Of a stretch of DNA of 64,000 bases, positions 12,296 through 25,582 are shown piece by piece; position 1 is the stretch's first letter, and each line of letters begins with the position of its first letter. Under the pieces are notes generated by a model. It worked only from the letters and a program-made list of their open reading frames with translations, was not told the DNA's origin and searched no databases. The DNA is taken from assembly GCA_013239625.1 (NCBI GenBank), contig MU053561.1:5568439-5632438 (forward strand), in the 5' to 3' direction. This DNA comes from Lama guanicoe. Taxonomy: Eukaryota. The translations under genes were made by a program, and so were the position numbers.

Positions 12296-13303
12296 TTAGT
12301 TTATGCTAAATAGTAATATTTGTGACAAGACCAAAAGCATTGCTAATCACCTTTTTAACTCCATAAATATTAAATTCACCCACCTTAGTAAGCTTCAGTT
12401 CAGTTTTAAAATAGTCTAGAAATAAGCTGCCCACCCCTGTGAATTAATTCTGGTAAGATACTATTCTGGAAATTACTACATAATTAAAGAAGTCACATGG
12501 CAAATATCTGTCTAAAATGGCACCTAACCAAATAATCAGATCATATCCATATTTATCATTGTTTCCCAAACCTAATGGTTGACTTAATAGTTGTGATTTC
12601 CATCGGGGGGTATTAATAAGCTAAAAAATATGAAACCTGGTTTAACAAAAACAAATGACACAGTTGAATATGGTGATCTCCAAGGTTTCTTTGGGCTACC
12701 TCTATCCATCTAATCTACAGCGATAAACATAGATGTGTTTCAATATGCAGAGCACGTGAGTTAGGTCCCAAGATGGCTGCAGTGGCTCCAGATAACAATA
12801 TCCAATGACTGAAAGGAAGGAAGTGTGTCTCCTTTCCTCATTTCCTTTTAGCCAGTCAAGGAAACCTTTCCCGAAAGACCACCCCCCAGCAAGACTTCCC
12901 CTCTAGCTCATTGGCCAGACTTGCCTAGATGTCCTTTCCTAAACCAAAGGTGCAAAGGGTAATGAAATACTTTTATCTAGTTTCACCCTCTGGTGCTCAG
13001 AAGTGGATCCAGCGTCTTGTAAACTGCATGGCTGCACAGTATCTGAACACAGCTGGGGTAGGGGTGGGGGCTCTTAGCTAATAGGAAAAGGAGAGATTGC
13101 TTGATTTGCTTCATGTATATATAAATTATATATACATAGACACATTTTTTCGCAAGGTGGAAAGTTTGTTTTGCTTTATAATATTGTGCCAAGTGTTCCT
13201 AATAAAAGTTAAGCAAACCCTTTAAGTAGAAAACTTCAGAATGGCAAGTATCAGTTCCCAAATTTTCCGAAAGGATCCCTCCATCGTTACTCCTTTGTAC
13301 CAT

Positions 13304-13415
13304 CAGGGATGCCTCGCATGGCAGTGTGGGCGCCAGCAACTCCAGGAGCATCACTCATGTGAGCGTCTCTGAACAGTGCCCCTGGGGTTGTGTATGGCTC
13401 TGTACGAAAGCCAGG
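13304..13415. mobile_element. hAT-Tip100 MITE (MER91-like)
   Basis: Starts caggg. Internal inverted repeat caactccagg...cctggggttg, as in the palindromic MER91 family. Confidence 0.55.
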
Positions 13416-14495
13416 CAAATATGGGGGAAATTTTTATTTCATTTATTTTTATATTCTCACTGTTTCTTTCACGGAAACCTGAATCTCTAGTAACAGTTGA
13501 TCAAATCATCATTATTTAAGATAAGTCATCTTCACATAGTAAGGTGGCAGAGGGTGGAGGAGAAATGGACAGAGAAAACAAATATTCACCTTCTAAACAG
13601 AATACAGGAACATTTATCCCGTTTTTATTCCCAGAGATTATAATAAGATCATCCTGAATTTTAAAATTCCTGATCCGCAAAATCTTTCACTGGCTTAGAA
13701 AACGTTCATACCTGTATTGTGGAAATGATACGTGTAATGCAGCCTAATGTTAATAGCCTAACTGAATTCAGTATTAATATTCCATTGTACCTTTACATTT
13801 TATTAGCATTTTTATTTGCCTAGGCCTATGGGCTAATTTGTATGCTAATGCTAAAATATGCTCAATTGCAAAGGCAGTAACATGGAAAATTTTATTTCAG
13901 TTAAACTAATTTATTGTTAAAATCTGTATTACTATGTTTCATATATAAGCATGTATTTTTGCCCATAGGTGCACTTACCTGCAAATGACCAAATGCATCC
14001 AGCCCCAATCATACAGCAGTAGGAACATTCAGAACCAAGTACAGCACCAGCATGCTTTGAAAGAGGGGAGTTAGTTAAGCAGTCAGAGGTCAAGTTTGTC
14101 AGACATAGCAGGATAAAAAGAGAGCATTGAATGAAGTAGAAAATACCACAATACCCATCTTCCATCTTTCAGCTTAAATGCAACCTCCTACTCAAGGCCA
14201 GCCTTGATTACCTACAGGCAGATGTCATCTGGATGTCATTTTATCCTTCTCCAGAACCAGCAGCATGTTGTCTTTATGTGTTTTCTTTACCAGCAGACCT
14301 CAAGATCCTTGAGGGCAGGGTCCCTTCCTGATTCATTTGTGTATCCCCCATTGGGCTGGGCACTTTGTCTTTATAGTGAGAACACATTCATTCAAAAAAT
14401 AGATAGTACCTGTTTTGAGCAGGCACTGTTTTAGTTGCTGGTTGAAAGTTGCAATGAAAGAACTTACCAGGTCCCTGTCATGGGGAAGAAGGCAG

Positions 14496-14991
14496 TGTAG
14501 GGGAGGAAAAGTTTTTTCTCAACCTCTTAGGGTCCCTGGCTGGATCTGAAAACTAAACTGGCAAAGACAGATTAACGGGAGAAGAGTATACAAATTGATT
14601 TCATGTAACTTGTATGTGACATGGGCATCTTTATAAGGAAATGAAGATCAGAAGAAATGATAAATCTGAGTGTTTTTACACTATTGATGAGGAGTTGAAA
14701 GCCATGGAGAAATATGATAGGGCAAAGAGGATTAGCTAAGTGTAGTAAATGGGGGGTACTTAGCAAGGCCTATTTGCTGAGATTCTTCCCCATATCTAGC
14801 CATCTTGGTATGAAGCTGTTCCTTTCCTCCAGGCATAGGGAGGGCACCTCTCACCTGAGGGTCAGATGAACTGCTTCAGGGATGAAGGGCGGGGGAGGTC
14901 TGCTTCTGTGGTTTCTTCAAACTCTCTCAGCTTCAAATATTCAGTATGCCAGGTTGCCATATTCTTGGGTATCATGTCCTGAACCCCATCC
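14496..14991 (-). mobile_element. ERV1-class solo LTR (MER34/MER39-group-like) inserted in an L2
   Basis: Minus strand begins gatggggttcaggacatgatacccaagaatatggcaacctggcatactgaatattt and ends ...cccctaca. L2-like sequence on both flanks. Confidence 0.7.
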
Positions 14992-14994
14992 ACA

Positions 14995-15595
14995 GGAAAC
15001 CCAAAAGAAGGAAATGATCAAGATTGTTTCCAGTAGTAATCATACTATCATTAAAATAGAAGATGAAACAGAATGAAGTAATGGGTGATTAGAAGACACA
15101 AGCTACAATTGATAGAGGTCATAAGGAAGGTGTGGCTGAGAAGGTGACAGTTTTGCCAAGACCTGAATGACAAGGAAGAGGGAACCAAGTGAAGACCCAA
15201 GAACCAGGAGTTCCAGGCCAACACGAGACCCTGGATAGACCTGTGTCTGAACTTGAGGGACAGAAGAATGTTAATGCGCCTAAAGTGTGGTTTTGCAGGA
15301 GAGAGAGGTAGGGAAAGAATTCAGAGAGGAAGGCTGGAGATCACATACAGCCTTTCAGGACAAGGAAAGGAATTTGAATTTTATTCAGTGCAGTGAGTTT
15401 TAAGGAAAAGAGTAGCAGAATCTGACTTACATTTTACTCTGATTGTTCTGATTGCTCCATAGAAAAGGTTACAGTAGAAGCAGGGAAGCCACTGGTACAG
15501 GAGCCCAGCGAGAGATGACGGTGGCGCAGAGCAGGGTAGAAACAATGGAGATGAAAGTCCTGAATGCACTGTGGAAATCAGAAATTATAGTTTTA
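14995..15595 (-). mobile_element. L2 LINE fragment
   Basis: Purine-rich L2 motifs (gagaaggtgacagttttgccaagacctgaatga; gaatttgaattttattc). Continues the piece at ~14380-14495. Confidence 0.65.
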
Positions 15596-16449
15596 ATTTC
15601 CTAGACTGATCACAGTTAAAGAAATATGTTACCATTGTATTTAATAAGAAGCTTTGTGGGCTGTAATTGCTTTGTTGAAATGTCTCTTCCCAGTAAGATA
15701 AGGAGGAAGTTAGAAAATAAAAAGTGGGGAAAACTCTTAATTAAGTTTGAATTTATACAGGTTCTTTTATTATGTTTATTAATAAGAGCATCCAGAGAAA
15801 CAGAATGTTAATTTCAAGGTTTTTGTTTAATCTTTTAGGAAGCTTCCACTCAGAGAATATGATGACCTTAGAGTTTGTGAAACAGCAGATACTGTTTTGT
15901 TATATCTACAGGATGTGTTGTTATAAGAAGGGGAATTTGTTTCTTAACTTATAAAAGAACTCACAAACTGTTTTAAAGAGTTCTACCACAATATAACATC
16001 TTTTAGGTTCTTTGACTAGTTTGAAAACTTCAGGCCCTTGAGTCTTATTTTCTCATTGCAAACTGAAAGCAAATAAGCAATGCCTTTAGTGGACTCCAAT
16101 ACAAAGTATGATGTGAAGCTCCCTTTCTTCAACAGAAGGAAAATTCTCATTTTCTTGGCTAAGCTTAGGTGAAACATTTCCAAATGCACACTCCCAAATT
16201 TCACAGTAAAAATGATTGGAAACACACCACATGAACTTAAAATAAACACACCCCATTCAAGGCCTGGGTACTGTGGCCTTTATTATCTTTAACAAATTAT
16301 CCAAATAAAGTCTACATTTTCCTTTATTCAGAAATGGAGAGTAACCTTCTTGGATTTGGAGCTGAATTTTAGTCCAGAAGCAGGGCAACATTCTCGATAG
16401 TATGGGTTCTGAGGAAGTGCTTCTGCTTAGAACCTAAGGTTAATCTTTG

Positions 16450-16645
16450 CACATTTCAATATCTAACAACTGTCTGCTGAGAGTAGATCTCAAAAGTTCT
16501 TGTCACAAGAAGAAAAATTCTGTATAGCGATGAATATTAATTAGACTTATTGTGGTGATCATTTTGCAGTACTTACATACATATATATCAAATCACGATG
16601 TGATTCGTTTGAAACTAATATAATGCTGTATGGCAATTACACAAT
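16450..16645 (+). mobile_element. L1 3' end (L1MA-late/L1MB-like)
   Basis: gctgagagtagatctcaaaagttcttgtcacaaga...attgtggtgatcattttgca...atcaaatcacgatg. Same type as 20570-21035. Confidence 0.75.
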
Positions 16646-16647
16646 CA

Positions 16648-16740
16648 GAGGAGGGTATAGCTCAGCGGTAGAGTGCGTGCTTAGCATGCATGGAGTCCTG
16701 GGTTCAAACCCCAGTACCTCCATCAAAAATAAATATCAAA
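16648..16740 (+). mobile_element. tRNA-derived SINE (camelid Vic-1 type)
   Basis: gagggtatagctcagcggtagagtgcgtgcttagcatgcatggagtcctgggttcaaaccccagtacctcc carries Pol III A and B boxes and an A-rich tail. Three further copies occur in the window. Confidence 0.85.
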
Positions 16741-16919
16741 TAATTATCCATTCACAGCTTGAAGGGCACAAATAGGACAAAGAGAGCAACTGGTTATATC
16801 AACAGTAAACCTTCAGAACCATTAATCCAGACAATACATGGTTAATTTTCAAGATTACGTTTTCAGCCTTAGTGTATTCGAGAATGTTAAGAGATTAAAA
16901 TTTTCACCTTGTAAACAGC

Positions 16920-17255
16920 TGTAGACTGAGTGTTGAAGTACTAACCCCCAGTGTGACTGTATTTGGAGACGGGAACCTCAGGGAGCTAGTTAAGGTTAAA
17001 TGAGGTCATAAGGGTAAGGCCTTAATTCAGTAGGATTGGGGGCCTCCTGAAAAGAGATTTTTGTCCTTTGTCCACAGCATTTATAACTTTGTGATATACC
17101 ACATAATTTACTCATTATGTCTATTATTTTTGTCGGCCTCTACCCTAGAGTATAAGTTCCATGAGGGCAAAGATCTTTGTTTTGTTCACCACTTATCCTT
17201 GGTGTCTAGAATAACATCTAGCTCATAGTAGAGACCAGATAAATACTTATTTGTT
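16920..17255. mobile_element. MLT1 LTR fragment followed by L2 3' fragment
   Basis: ctaacccccagtgtgactgtatttggaga...aaggttaaatgaggtcataagggt (MLT1), then ctagagtataagttccatgagggcaaagatctttg (L2). Confidence 0.75.
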
Positions 17256-17549
17256 ACAGTGCTTTCCCTTCACAGTTCTTTTAGCTATATTAAGTATGCT
17301 AGGTAATTTAATCTTCATAATAATTTTTAAGTAATTCAATCTTTGTAATCATCCTCTGAGGTAGCTGTCATCATCTTCCTATTCACCAGTGGGTCAGAAA
17401 GGCTAATGTAGTCACCCACAGGTTTCTCAATATTAAGTGTGAGTCAAAATGAATTTTCTACTCCACATCGAGTCTCCTTTCCTATACCATGGTGGTCATT
17501 CTAAGACATTTTCACAGTAGAACAAAATGTCAAATACTCAAATTAAGAA

Positions 17550-19305
17550 ACAGTAGTCTCTGTTACACATGGCACTAGAATAGTTAAAATGGAAAGGACC
17601 GACCCTATTCAATGTTAGCAAGAAATGTAGACACATGAGAGCTCTCATACACTGCTAATCAGAGTGTAAATTGGTTCAACCACTTTGGTAAACCGGCAGT
17701 TTCTACTCAAGTTAGCAAACGTACACCCCAGGATTCATCAGTTCTACTCCTGGGTGTATATCCAGCTGAAATGACTGCCTATGTTCTCTAAGAGATCTAT
17801 ACAGAAATTATTCATAATAGCCTGAAACTGGAAACAACCCAAATGTCCATTAAGATTTGAATGGCTACATAAATCTTGGTACATTCTTAGAATACTACAC
17901 AGCAATGGGAGAAAAAAGCCCAGTCTGAACACAACAAAATGGATGAATGTCACAGGCAAAATTTTAAGCAAAAGAAGCCATACATAAAAGTAAATACTAT
18001 ATGATTCCATTGATAAGAATTTTTAAAATGGGCAAAACTAATCTATGGTGATTAAGTTCAGAATAATCATTACTTTTGAGGGAATATTGACTGAAGGGAC
18101 CACAAAGGACTTTCTAGGGTCTGGGCAATGTTCTGTATCTTGATCTGGGTAGTGCTTTAAATGGTATAAATGCATGTAGAAATTAATCTAGCTGTACACT
18201 TAAGATTATATACTTTGCCATAAATTATATGTCAATATGTAAGTTTCTTAAATGAATAGTTTCTATCAAGGAGGAAATGATGGGTTATTTAATAAAAGGT
18301 TACAGAACAAATGGCTACCATATTCCTTACTTAAAAATAAATTTCAGATGATCAACTATTTCATATAAAAAATCTAGAGAGTAGTAGAATAAAAAATGGT
18401 AACATTGATTTGTAACATGGCGAAAGGAAGGCTTTTTTTACCAAGAAACAAAATACTGGATAATCTTAAAGAAACGATGATTAAATTTGACTACAAAAAT
18501 TTTAAATGTGTGCATGATAAAACAATGACCATAAACAAAGTTTAAAAACAAATTACATTCTTAGAACAAATATTTATAGTATTTGTTGACAAAGGGAGAT
18601 TTCCTTCTTATACAGAAATTCCTCATAAATTAATAAGCAAGCAAGGTAAAACAAAATAAATACTACAGTGTGGAAAGACAGGCTAAGTTAGATTACAGGG
18701 AAAAAAAATAAACGGACTTTAAACATATGAAGAAGTGTCAATTTTCAAACAACAGTAAAATCCCATTTTGGTCCTAACAGACGGGCAAGGATCAAAAAGT
18801 TTGATAACATATTATGTTGTTGAGATGGGACTATAAATTAGAATACTTTTTTAGTGAGTAATATGCCATCATCAGAATTTTAAAATTTTCAATGCAGTTC
18901 TATTACCAGGAATTTTCAAAGACTCATGTACTAGCAAATGCATTGCAGCATTGTGTGCAGTAGAAAATGTCTAGACTAGAGAGAGGCTGGTTAAATGAAC
19001 TGTGATATATACATTCAATAGAATATTGTGCAGTATGAGGGAGAGCTTCATATGCTGATGTGGAAAGATCCCCAGGATACATTTTTAAAGATACTGATGT
19101 GTTTGCTCCTATTTGGATTAAAAAGAGGGGAGGAGGAGATGGTGGATATTTGCATACACCTGTACAGGCCTGTGTCCTCACACAGAGGACACTAACGGCT
19201 GTGGTTGTCTCTGGACAGTGTGAGGGGAAATGCTTTTCACTTAAGCCATTTGCACTGTAAATTATTATTTTTACAAAGTATATGTATTACTTGAAAAAAA
19301 AAAGA
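17550..19305 (+). mobile_element. Old L1M (L1MC/ME-like) fragments
   Basis: Degenerate ORF2 C-terminal and 3' UTR motifs (aaactggaaacaacccaaatgtcca; aaaactaatctatggtga). At least two pieces. Confidence 0.7.
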
Positions 19306-19321
19306 TACAAATAAAAGCACT

Positions 19322-19690
19322 AAAGAACTTATTTACAAAACTGAAACAAACTCACAGACATAGAAAACAAACTTTTGGTTACCAAAGGGGAAAGGAGTGG
19401 ATGAGATAAATCAGGAGCTTGGGATTTGCAGATACAAACTACTATATATAAAATAGATAAACAACAAAGTCCTATGGTATAGCACAGGAAACTACATTCA
19501 GCATCTTGTAATAAACTAGATTGAAAAAGAATATGAAAAAGCATATATATGTAAAACTGAATCACTATGATGTATGAAAAAGAATATGAAAAAGTACACA
19601 TACGTATAACTAAACCACTATGCTGTACATCAGAAACTAATAACATTGTAAATCAACTATACTTCTATATAAATAAATAAATAGACAAAT
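19322..19690 (+). mobile_element. Lineage-specific 5'-truncated L1 (3' UTR) with 13-bp TSD
   Basis: TSD aaataaaagcact at 19309-19321 and 19691-19703, an A-rich tail and artiodactyl-type L1 3' UTR. Confidence 0.9.
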
Positions 19691-20569
19691 AAATAAAAGC
19701 ACTGTGTTCAAAGAAGAGGAGGAAGTGGAGTGAAAAAGAGGAGTAGGCAGAGAGGAGGAGGAGGTAGATGAGGAGAAAGAAAAATAATCAAGATTTGCTC
19801 ATCTGCACGCCCCGCCATGGCCTCACCCAGTGTCTTACACAGAGCCTGCTGCGTCAATGAAACCCTCACATTGACTCGACTAGTCCTGAATCTCATCCAA
19901 GCACCAGGTCAGTATTTTCAGCTCAGATTAACCTTTTAAGACCAGACTACTTGAGGCAAGAGGTACTTGGGTCAGGGTCTTTTCTTGTTCTTGGAGGTAG
20001 TCTATGCTGGTAAGAAACTAAACTTTTACCTATTGTTTACTGTCTTTAGATGAGGTGAAGGGTAAATCAACATTGGTGAAAAAAACCCAGTTACACCAAA
20101 GCAGCATGTTAGCTATCTGAAGTTAAAGACAGACATGTTAGGAGTCACCAGGACATTTAACAATTGTGTCTATGTGCCCATTTTGTGCTTCTAATGATTT
20201 TAAATTAAAAAATAGCTTTACTTTCTGTTTAATTATATTCTAATTAAAAGTTGAAATTGGAAAAAAAAAAAGAGGGGAAGTTACTAAGACAAGACCTGTT
20301 GGCAGAAATTTCATCAGTGTTGGTTTTTGAAGAGATTTGGGGTTCAGCTGATTTCTAGATTTGGGGTGACTTGCAGAGAGTGTTCTGGCCCATGCTTATC
20401 TTGATCTAGCAAGGTAATCTGTACCCAAAGGCAGTTGTTTTAAAGTGAATTTAAGCAAAGTTTCACAGAATATTAATAGAGCAATGGCTAATGTAAACAG
20501 GCAGTAAAACTTAGGAAAGTCTCAGGAATTCACTTTTTAATGTATTAGTCTGAAATTGGCTGATTTTAC

Positions 20570-21035
20570 TGAAAAAAGCCAGACAAAGACAAATACTGTA
20601 TGATCTTGTTTATATGGTGGATTCTTAAAACAAAACAAAACCCAAACAAACAAAAAAACCCCAAAACTTGAACTCATGGAAACAGAGAGCAGATGGGTAG
20701 TTACCAGATGGGCGGTTACCAGCGGTAGGGGTAGGAGGTTGGGGAAATGGATGAAGGTGGCCAAAGGTACAAACTTCCAGTTATAAGATACGTAAGTTCT
20801 GGAGATATACTTAACAATATTATATTACATATTTGAATGTTGCTAAGAGAGTGGATCTTCAAAATTCGTATCACAAGAAAAAATTTTGTAATTATACGAG
20901 GTGATGGATGTTAATTAAACTTATTGTGGTAATCATTTCATAATAAATGCATATATCAAATCATTATGTTGTATACCTTAAACCAATACAATGTCATATG
21001 TCAATTACCTCAATAAAACTAGAAAACATAAAATT
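20570..21035 (+). mobile_element. L1 3' end (L1MA-late/L1MB-like)
   Basis: agccagacaaagacaaatactgtatgatc...aaaggtacaaacttccagttataaga...tcaattacctcaataaaact. Confidence 0.8.
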
Positions 21036-21167
21036 TTTAAAAAATTATACTTTTTGCTTAAGCCCATTTGGATGGATCTTTCTGTTACAACCAGAACAGT
21101 CTTATAGTCTTAACTGCTGTAACAATGATCATGTAAAATTCACTAAGTAGGAGAGAAACTAGATAAA

Positions 21168-21236
21168 TTATATATATATAAAATATATATACACACATAC
21201 ACATACATATGTAATTATGTGTGTGTATATATATTT

Positions 21237-21268
<32 letters not shown>

Positions 21269-21285
21269 TATATATTTTTTTTTTT
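21168..21285. repeat. Compound TA/CA/TG microsatellite with inverted-repeat structure
   Basis: Directly visible; see findings. Confidence 0.9.
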
Positions 21286-22129
21286 AGAGCAAAATCTAAG
21301 AAATAAATGAAAACTCAGAACCTACTGGCCAAGTCATCTTGTCCTACATGCTTGCCACAATTGTCTAAAAAAGAGTAAAGCATAAGACAGTAGGCTCTGA
21401 GTAGCCTAAAAATCCAACCAATTGCTTGGGATATCCCAATTCTGAGAGATTTAACCCAGTCCCTTAATCCCTACAGCAAGATGCACAACTCTGAGAACAG
21501 TTGCTCTGAGGAGCCACCACGAGACAACAGAAAGCCACAGTTATCTGAGAGAACAATTCATAGGCTCACAGACTTTTAGATCTGGAGGAGTTAAAATCAC
21601 CTACTGCCTACTAATGCAGGGAGACGGACTTGTGCCATTTTCAACAACATAAATGGAAATATGTTTTGGATTAATCCTTAAGTAACTGAAAAATTAAATA
21701 TATAAAAACAGCAGTTTTCCAATCCCTCTACTGCCTAAGACTCTACAAGGGAATTTTACCATGGTGGGCTTTCTTAGACATTGGGAACACGGAAGCTTAA
21801 CAACCCACCCCTCTTTTTCTCCATCTTATGGCTCATATGAAGGGACAAATAATTCAGTTTTTCAAAGTAATCTTTGAGAAATGTCATATGTTTTGATTAA
21901 AAGTATTAGGACACATGTGCAGTAGAAAATGGAAGAAACAGTTAGTAGATTCATTTGGATCCTAGTCCTGTTCATCTATAACTGAGCTCAAAATAATTCA
22001 AAATTATAAAAAGTGGCTTTTTAGAGATTGGGTAAAAATAAATAAGACAGTATTCACCTCTCATGATTAAGAACCTTTCAGTTATTTTAAAAACTACACA
22101 TAATTGACATAGAAAACCATTGAAATTCA

Positions 22130-23210
22130 TATAAGCTTTTGCACAGCATAAACAAAAAAGATATTGGGAGAAAATATTTGCAAATGATGCAACTGACAAG
22201 ATGCAACTTGCTTTCCAAAATATACAAACAGTTCATATAGCTTTAAAAAAAACTCAATTGAAAAATAGGCAGAAGACCTAAATAGACAGTTCTCCAAAGA
22301 AAACATATAGATGACCAGCAGGCACATGAAAAGATGCTCAACATTGCTAATTATTAGAGAACTGTAAATCAAAACTACAATGAGGTATCATCTCACGCTG
22401 GTCAGAATGGCTATCATCAAAAAGTCTACGAATAATAAAGGCTAGAAGGGGTGTGGAGAGAAGGGAACCCTTGGACACTGTTGAGAATGTAAATTGGTGC
22501 AGCCACTATGGAAAACAGTATGGAGTTTCCTTTAGAAACTAAACAGTTACCGTATGATCCAACAATCCCACTCCTGGGCATATATCTAGAAAAAGCAAAA
22601 ACTCTAATTCGAAAAGATACACGCACCCCATTGTTCATCGTAGCACTATTTCCAATAGCCAAGTAATGGAAGCAAACTAAGTGTCCAACAACAAATGAAT
22701 GGATAAAGATGTGTGTGTGTGTGTATATATATATACACACACACACACACACAATCGAATATTACTCAGCCATAAAAAGAATGAAATATTGCCATTTGCA
22801 GCAACATGGATGAACCTAGAGATTATCAAACTTAGTGAAGTAAGTCAGACAGAGAAAGACAAATATTATATGATATCACTTATATGTGGAATCTGAAAAA
22901 TACAGATGAACATACTTACGAAACAGAAACAGACTTACAAACATAGAAAACAAATTTATGGTTACCAAAGGGAGGGGAGATATTAATTCAAAGTATGGGA
23001 TTAACAGATATACACTACTATATATAAAATAGATAAAACAACAAGGACTGACTTTGTAGCACAGGGAACTATACTCAATACCTTGTAATAACCTATAATG
23101 GAAAAGAAACTGAAAAAATATATATATGACTGAATCACTTTATTGCACCCCTGAAACTAACACAATATTGTAAATCAACTGTACTTCAAAAATAATTAAA
23201 AATTTTTTAA
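22130..23210 (+). mobile_element. 5'-truncated L1 (ORF2 C-terminus + 3' UTR), intermediate age
   Basis: ORF2-end similarity (...NEILPFAATWMNLEIIKLSEVSQTEKDKYYMISLICGI). Decayed TSD aaaaccattgaaattca (22113-22129) / aaaactgttgaagttta (23211-23227). Confidence 0.9.
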
Positions 23211-24749
23211 AAAACTGTTGAAGTTTAGAAACAGTAGTCATATTTTTATGACCAAAATTATAATTTCTCATAGTTGTAGAGGTAAGGTGCAGTGCATGGA
23301 GCATAGATGAACAAGGCACAAGCATATTCATGGGACCAAAATTCCCAATTCTGGAAGAGTGTGATGCCTAAGGCCTTTGGGGAGCTTCACATTCCCTGTA
23401 CTCAGCAAAACAGGCATGCTCTTGCTTCTTCTACCACCACCAAAGCAGAAACAAACCTTGCAGGAGCACTGCGACTAGTGGAGGCAGGTTCTCTCACCTT
23501 TTTAAAACAATTTTCAAGCCATCCCTTACAGGCTGAGATGCATTTTCTTGATCTCTTTTCATGGATCTCAGCAAAATGCTTATGTAACAGCTTGGCCTTT
23601 TCAGAAAAATTAGGCTCTGTGCTGGGACAAGTTGCTAGTTGTATCAAGTGTCTTAAACTTTGAAATCCCAAAATATATTCTTTTAAAAGTCTTGAGTGCT
23701 TGTTCAGATGACAAATTATGACATTTATACAGAAACCAATCTGAAGTCAAATGTAGGAGATCAGATTGGTTGGAGCATGAGGGTCTGTAGAGACAAGGTG
23801 GTAGGAAGAATTCTGGAAAAAATGCTGGAAAACCTTGAATGTCAAGGAGCCCAGATGATACTCAGTAAGTGTGGAAAAGCCTCAGTGGATTAGAAAACAG
23901 GATAATAGTATAATCAAAGTGGTGCTCTTAGGCCGTAGAAGATACGAAAAACCGAAGGAGAAATTAGTTTTTTTTTAATTTGCATATGTAATGAAGAATG
24001 TCAAGAAAGCATTACAACAAATTATTAGCAGTTCAGTAATGATCTGAGTGACAGAATTATCAATGCTCTTTATTTTATCCATCTGGGCTGTTTCATTTTA
24101 TTGAGAATGCACATGCATTGCTTTGCATTAAGAAGGCCTGAATTATGTAAATGTTTCTTTTATAATGAAAATATTCAAAATACGAAAAATAGTAAGATAA
24201 ACCCCACATACCCAGGTTAAACAATTATCAAGATTTTGCCATATTTGCTCCATCTCTCTTTTTTTTTCCACATAATTGTTTTCATATTCTTTTTTATTAT
24301 AGGTTACCACAAAATACTGAGTATAGTTCCTGTTCTATACAGACCATCTCTTCTCTCTCTCTTCCTTTCTTTTCATTCCTTTACCAATATCTTACTCTTG
24401 CTGGTTCTTGTGTCTTTCTGACCTGATGCATTAGTTCTTGATAGCTTTCTTGCTTTCCAGCACAGCCAGATGTCCCAGACTCCTCTTAATTTCCTGCCAC
24501 AGGCCTGGAATCAGCCTATCTTTCAAGATATTCTGTTTCCTTTTGGTGGGTGAAAAATTGTTTTAAGAAATGAAGGTATAATCTAAAAGCCAATTTTATA
24601 CAGAGATGATTCCTGGACAACTAGGGGGGCTACCGCCCTGAGACTCGTGGAGAAAATATTCAAAATAGCTTGAAGTAAATGAGCATATGTAAGCATTCTA
24701 AAATGAATCTTTAAAAAAAAAAAACAGACTGTCAGCATTAAAAACTTGT

Positions 24750-25548
24750 CCCAGTCTACCCAAGCAATAGAAATAAAAGCAAAAATAAACAAATGGGACC
24801 TAATTAAACTTACAAGCTTTTGCATAGCAAAGGAAACCATAAGCAAAATAAAACGACAACCTACAGAATGGGAGAAAATATTTGCAAAAGATGAAACTGA
24901 CATGGGCTTAATTTCCAGAATATATAAACAGCTCATACAACTTAACAACAAAAAACAACCCAGTCCAAAAATGGGTAGAAGACCTAAACAAGCAATTCTC
25001 TAAGGAAGACATACAAATGACAATAGGCACATGAAAAAATGCTCAATATCACTAATGATCAGAGAAATGCAAATCAAAACTACAATGAGGTATCACCTCA
25101 CACCAATCAAAATTGCCTTCATTCAAAAGTCCACAAACAATAAATGCTGGAGAGGCTGTGGAGAAAAGGGAACCCTCTTACACTGCTGGTGGGAATGTAG
25201 TTTGGTACAGCCATTATGGAAAACAGTATGGAGATTCCTCAAAAGACTAAGAATGGACTTACCTGTGATCCAGCAATCCCACTCCTGGGCATCTATCTAG
25301 AGGGAAACTTAATTCAAAAAGATACATGTTTACGATAGCCAAGACATGGAAACAACCTAAATGTCCATTGACAGATGACTGGATAAAAAAGTTGTGGTAT
25401 ATTTATACAATGGAATACTACTTAGCTGTAAAAACAAGTAAAATATTGGCATTTGCAGCAACATGAATGGACCTGGAGAATATCATTCTAGGTGAAGTAA
25501 GCCAGAAAGAGAAAGAAAAATACCATATGAGATCGCTCATACGTGGAA

Positions 25549-25582
<34 letters not shown>

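Noticed and set aside
16648..16725. Possible tRNA gene
   Set aside because: It has an A-rich tail instead of a T-run terminator, and several diverged dispersed copies exist, so it is a SINE.
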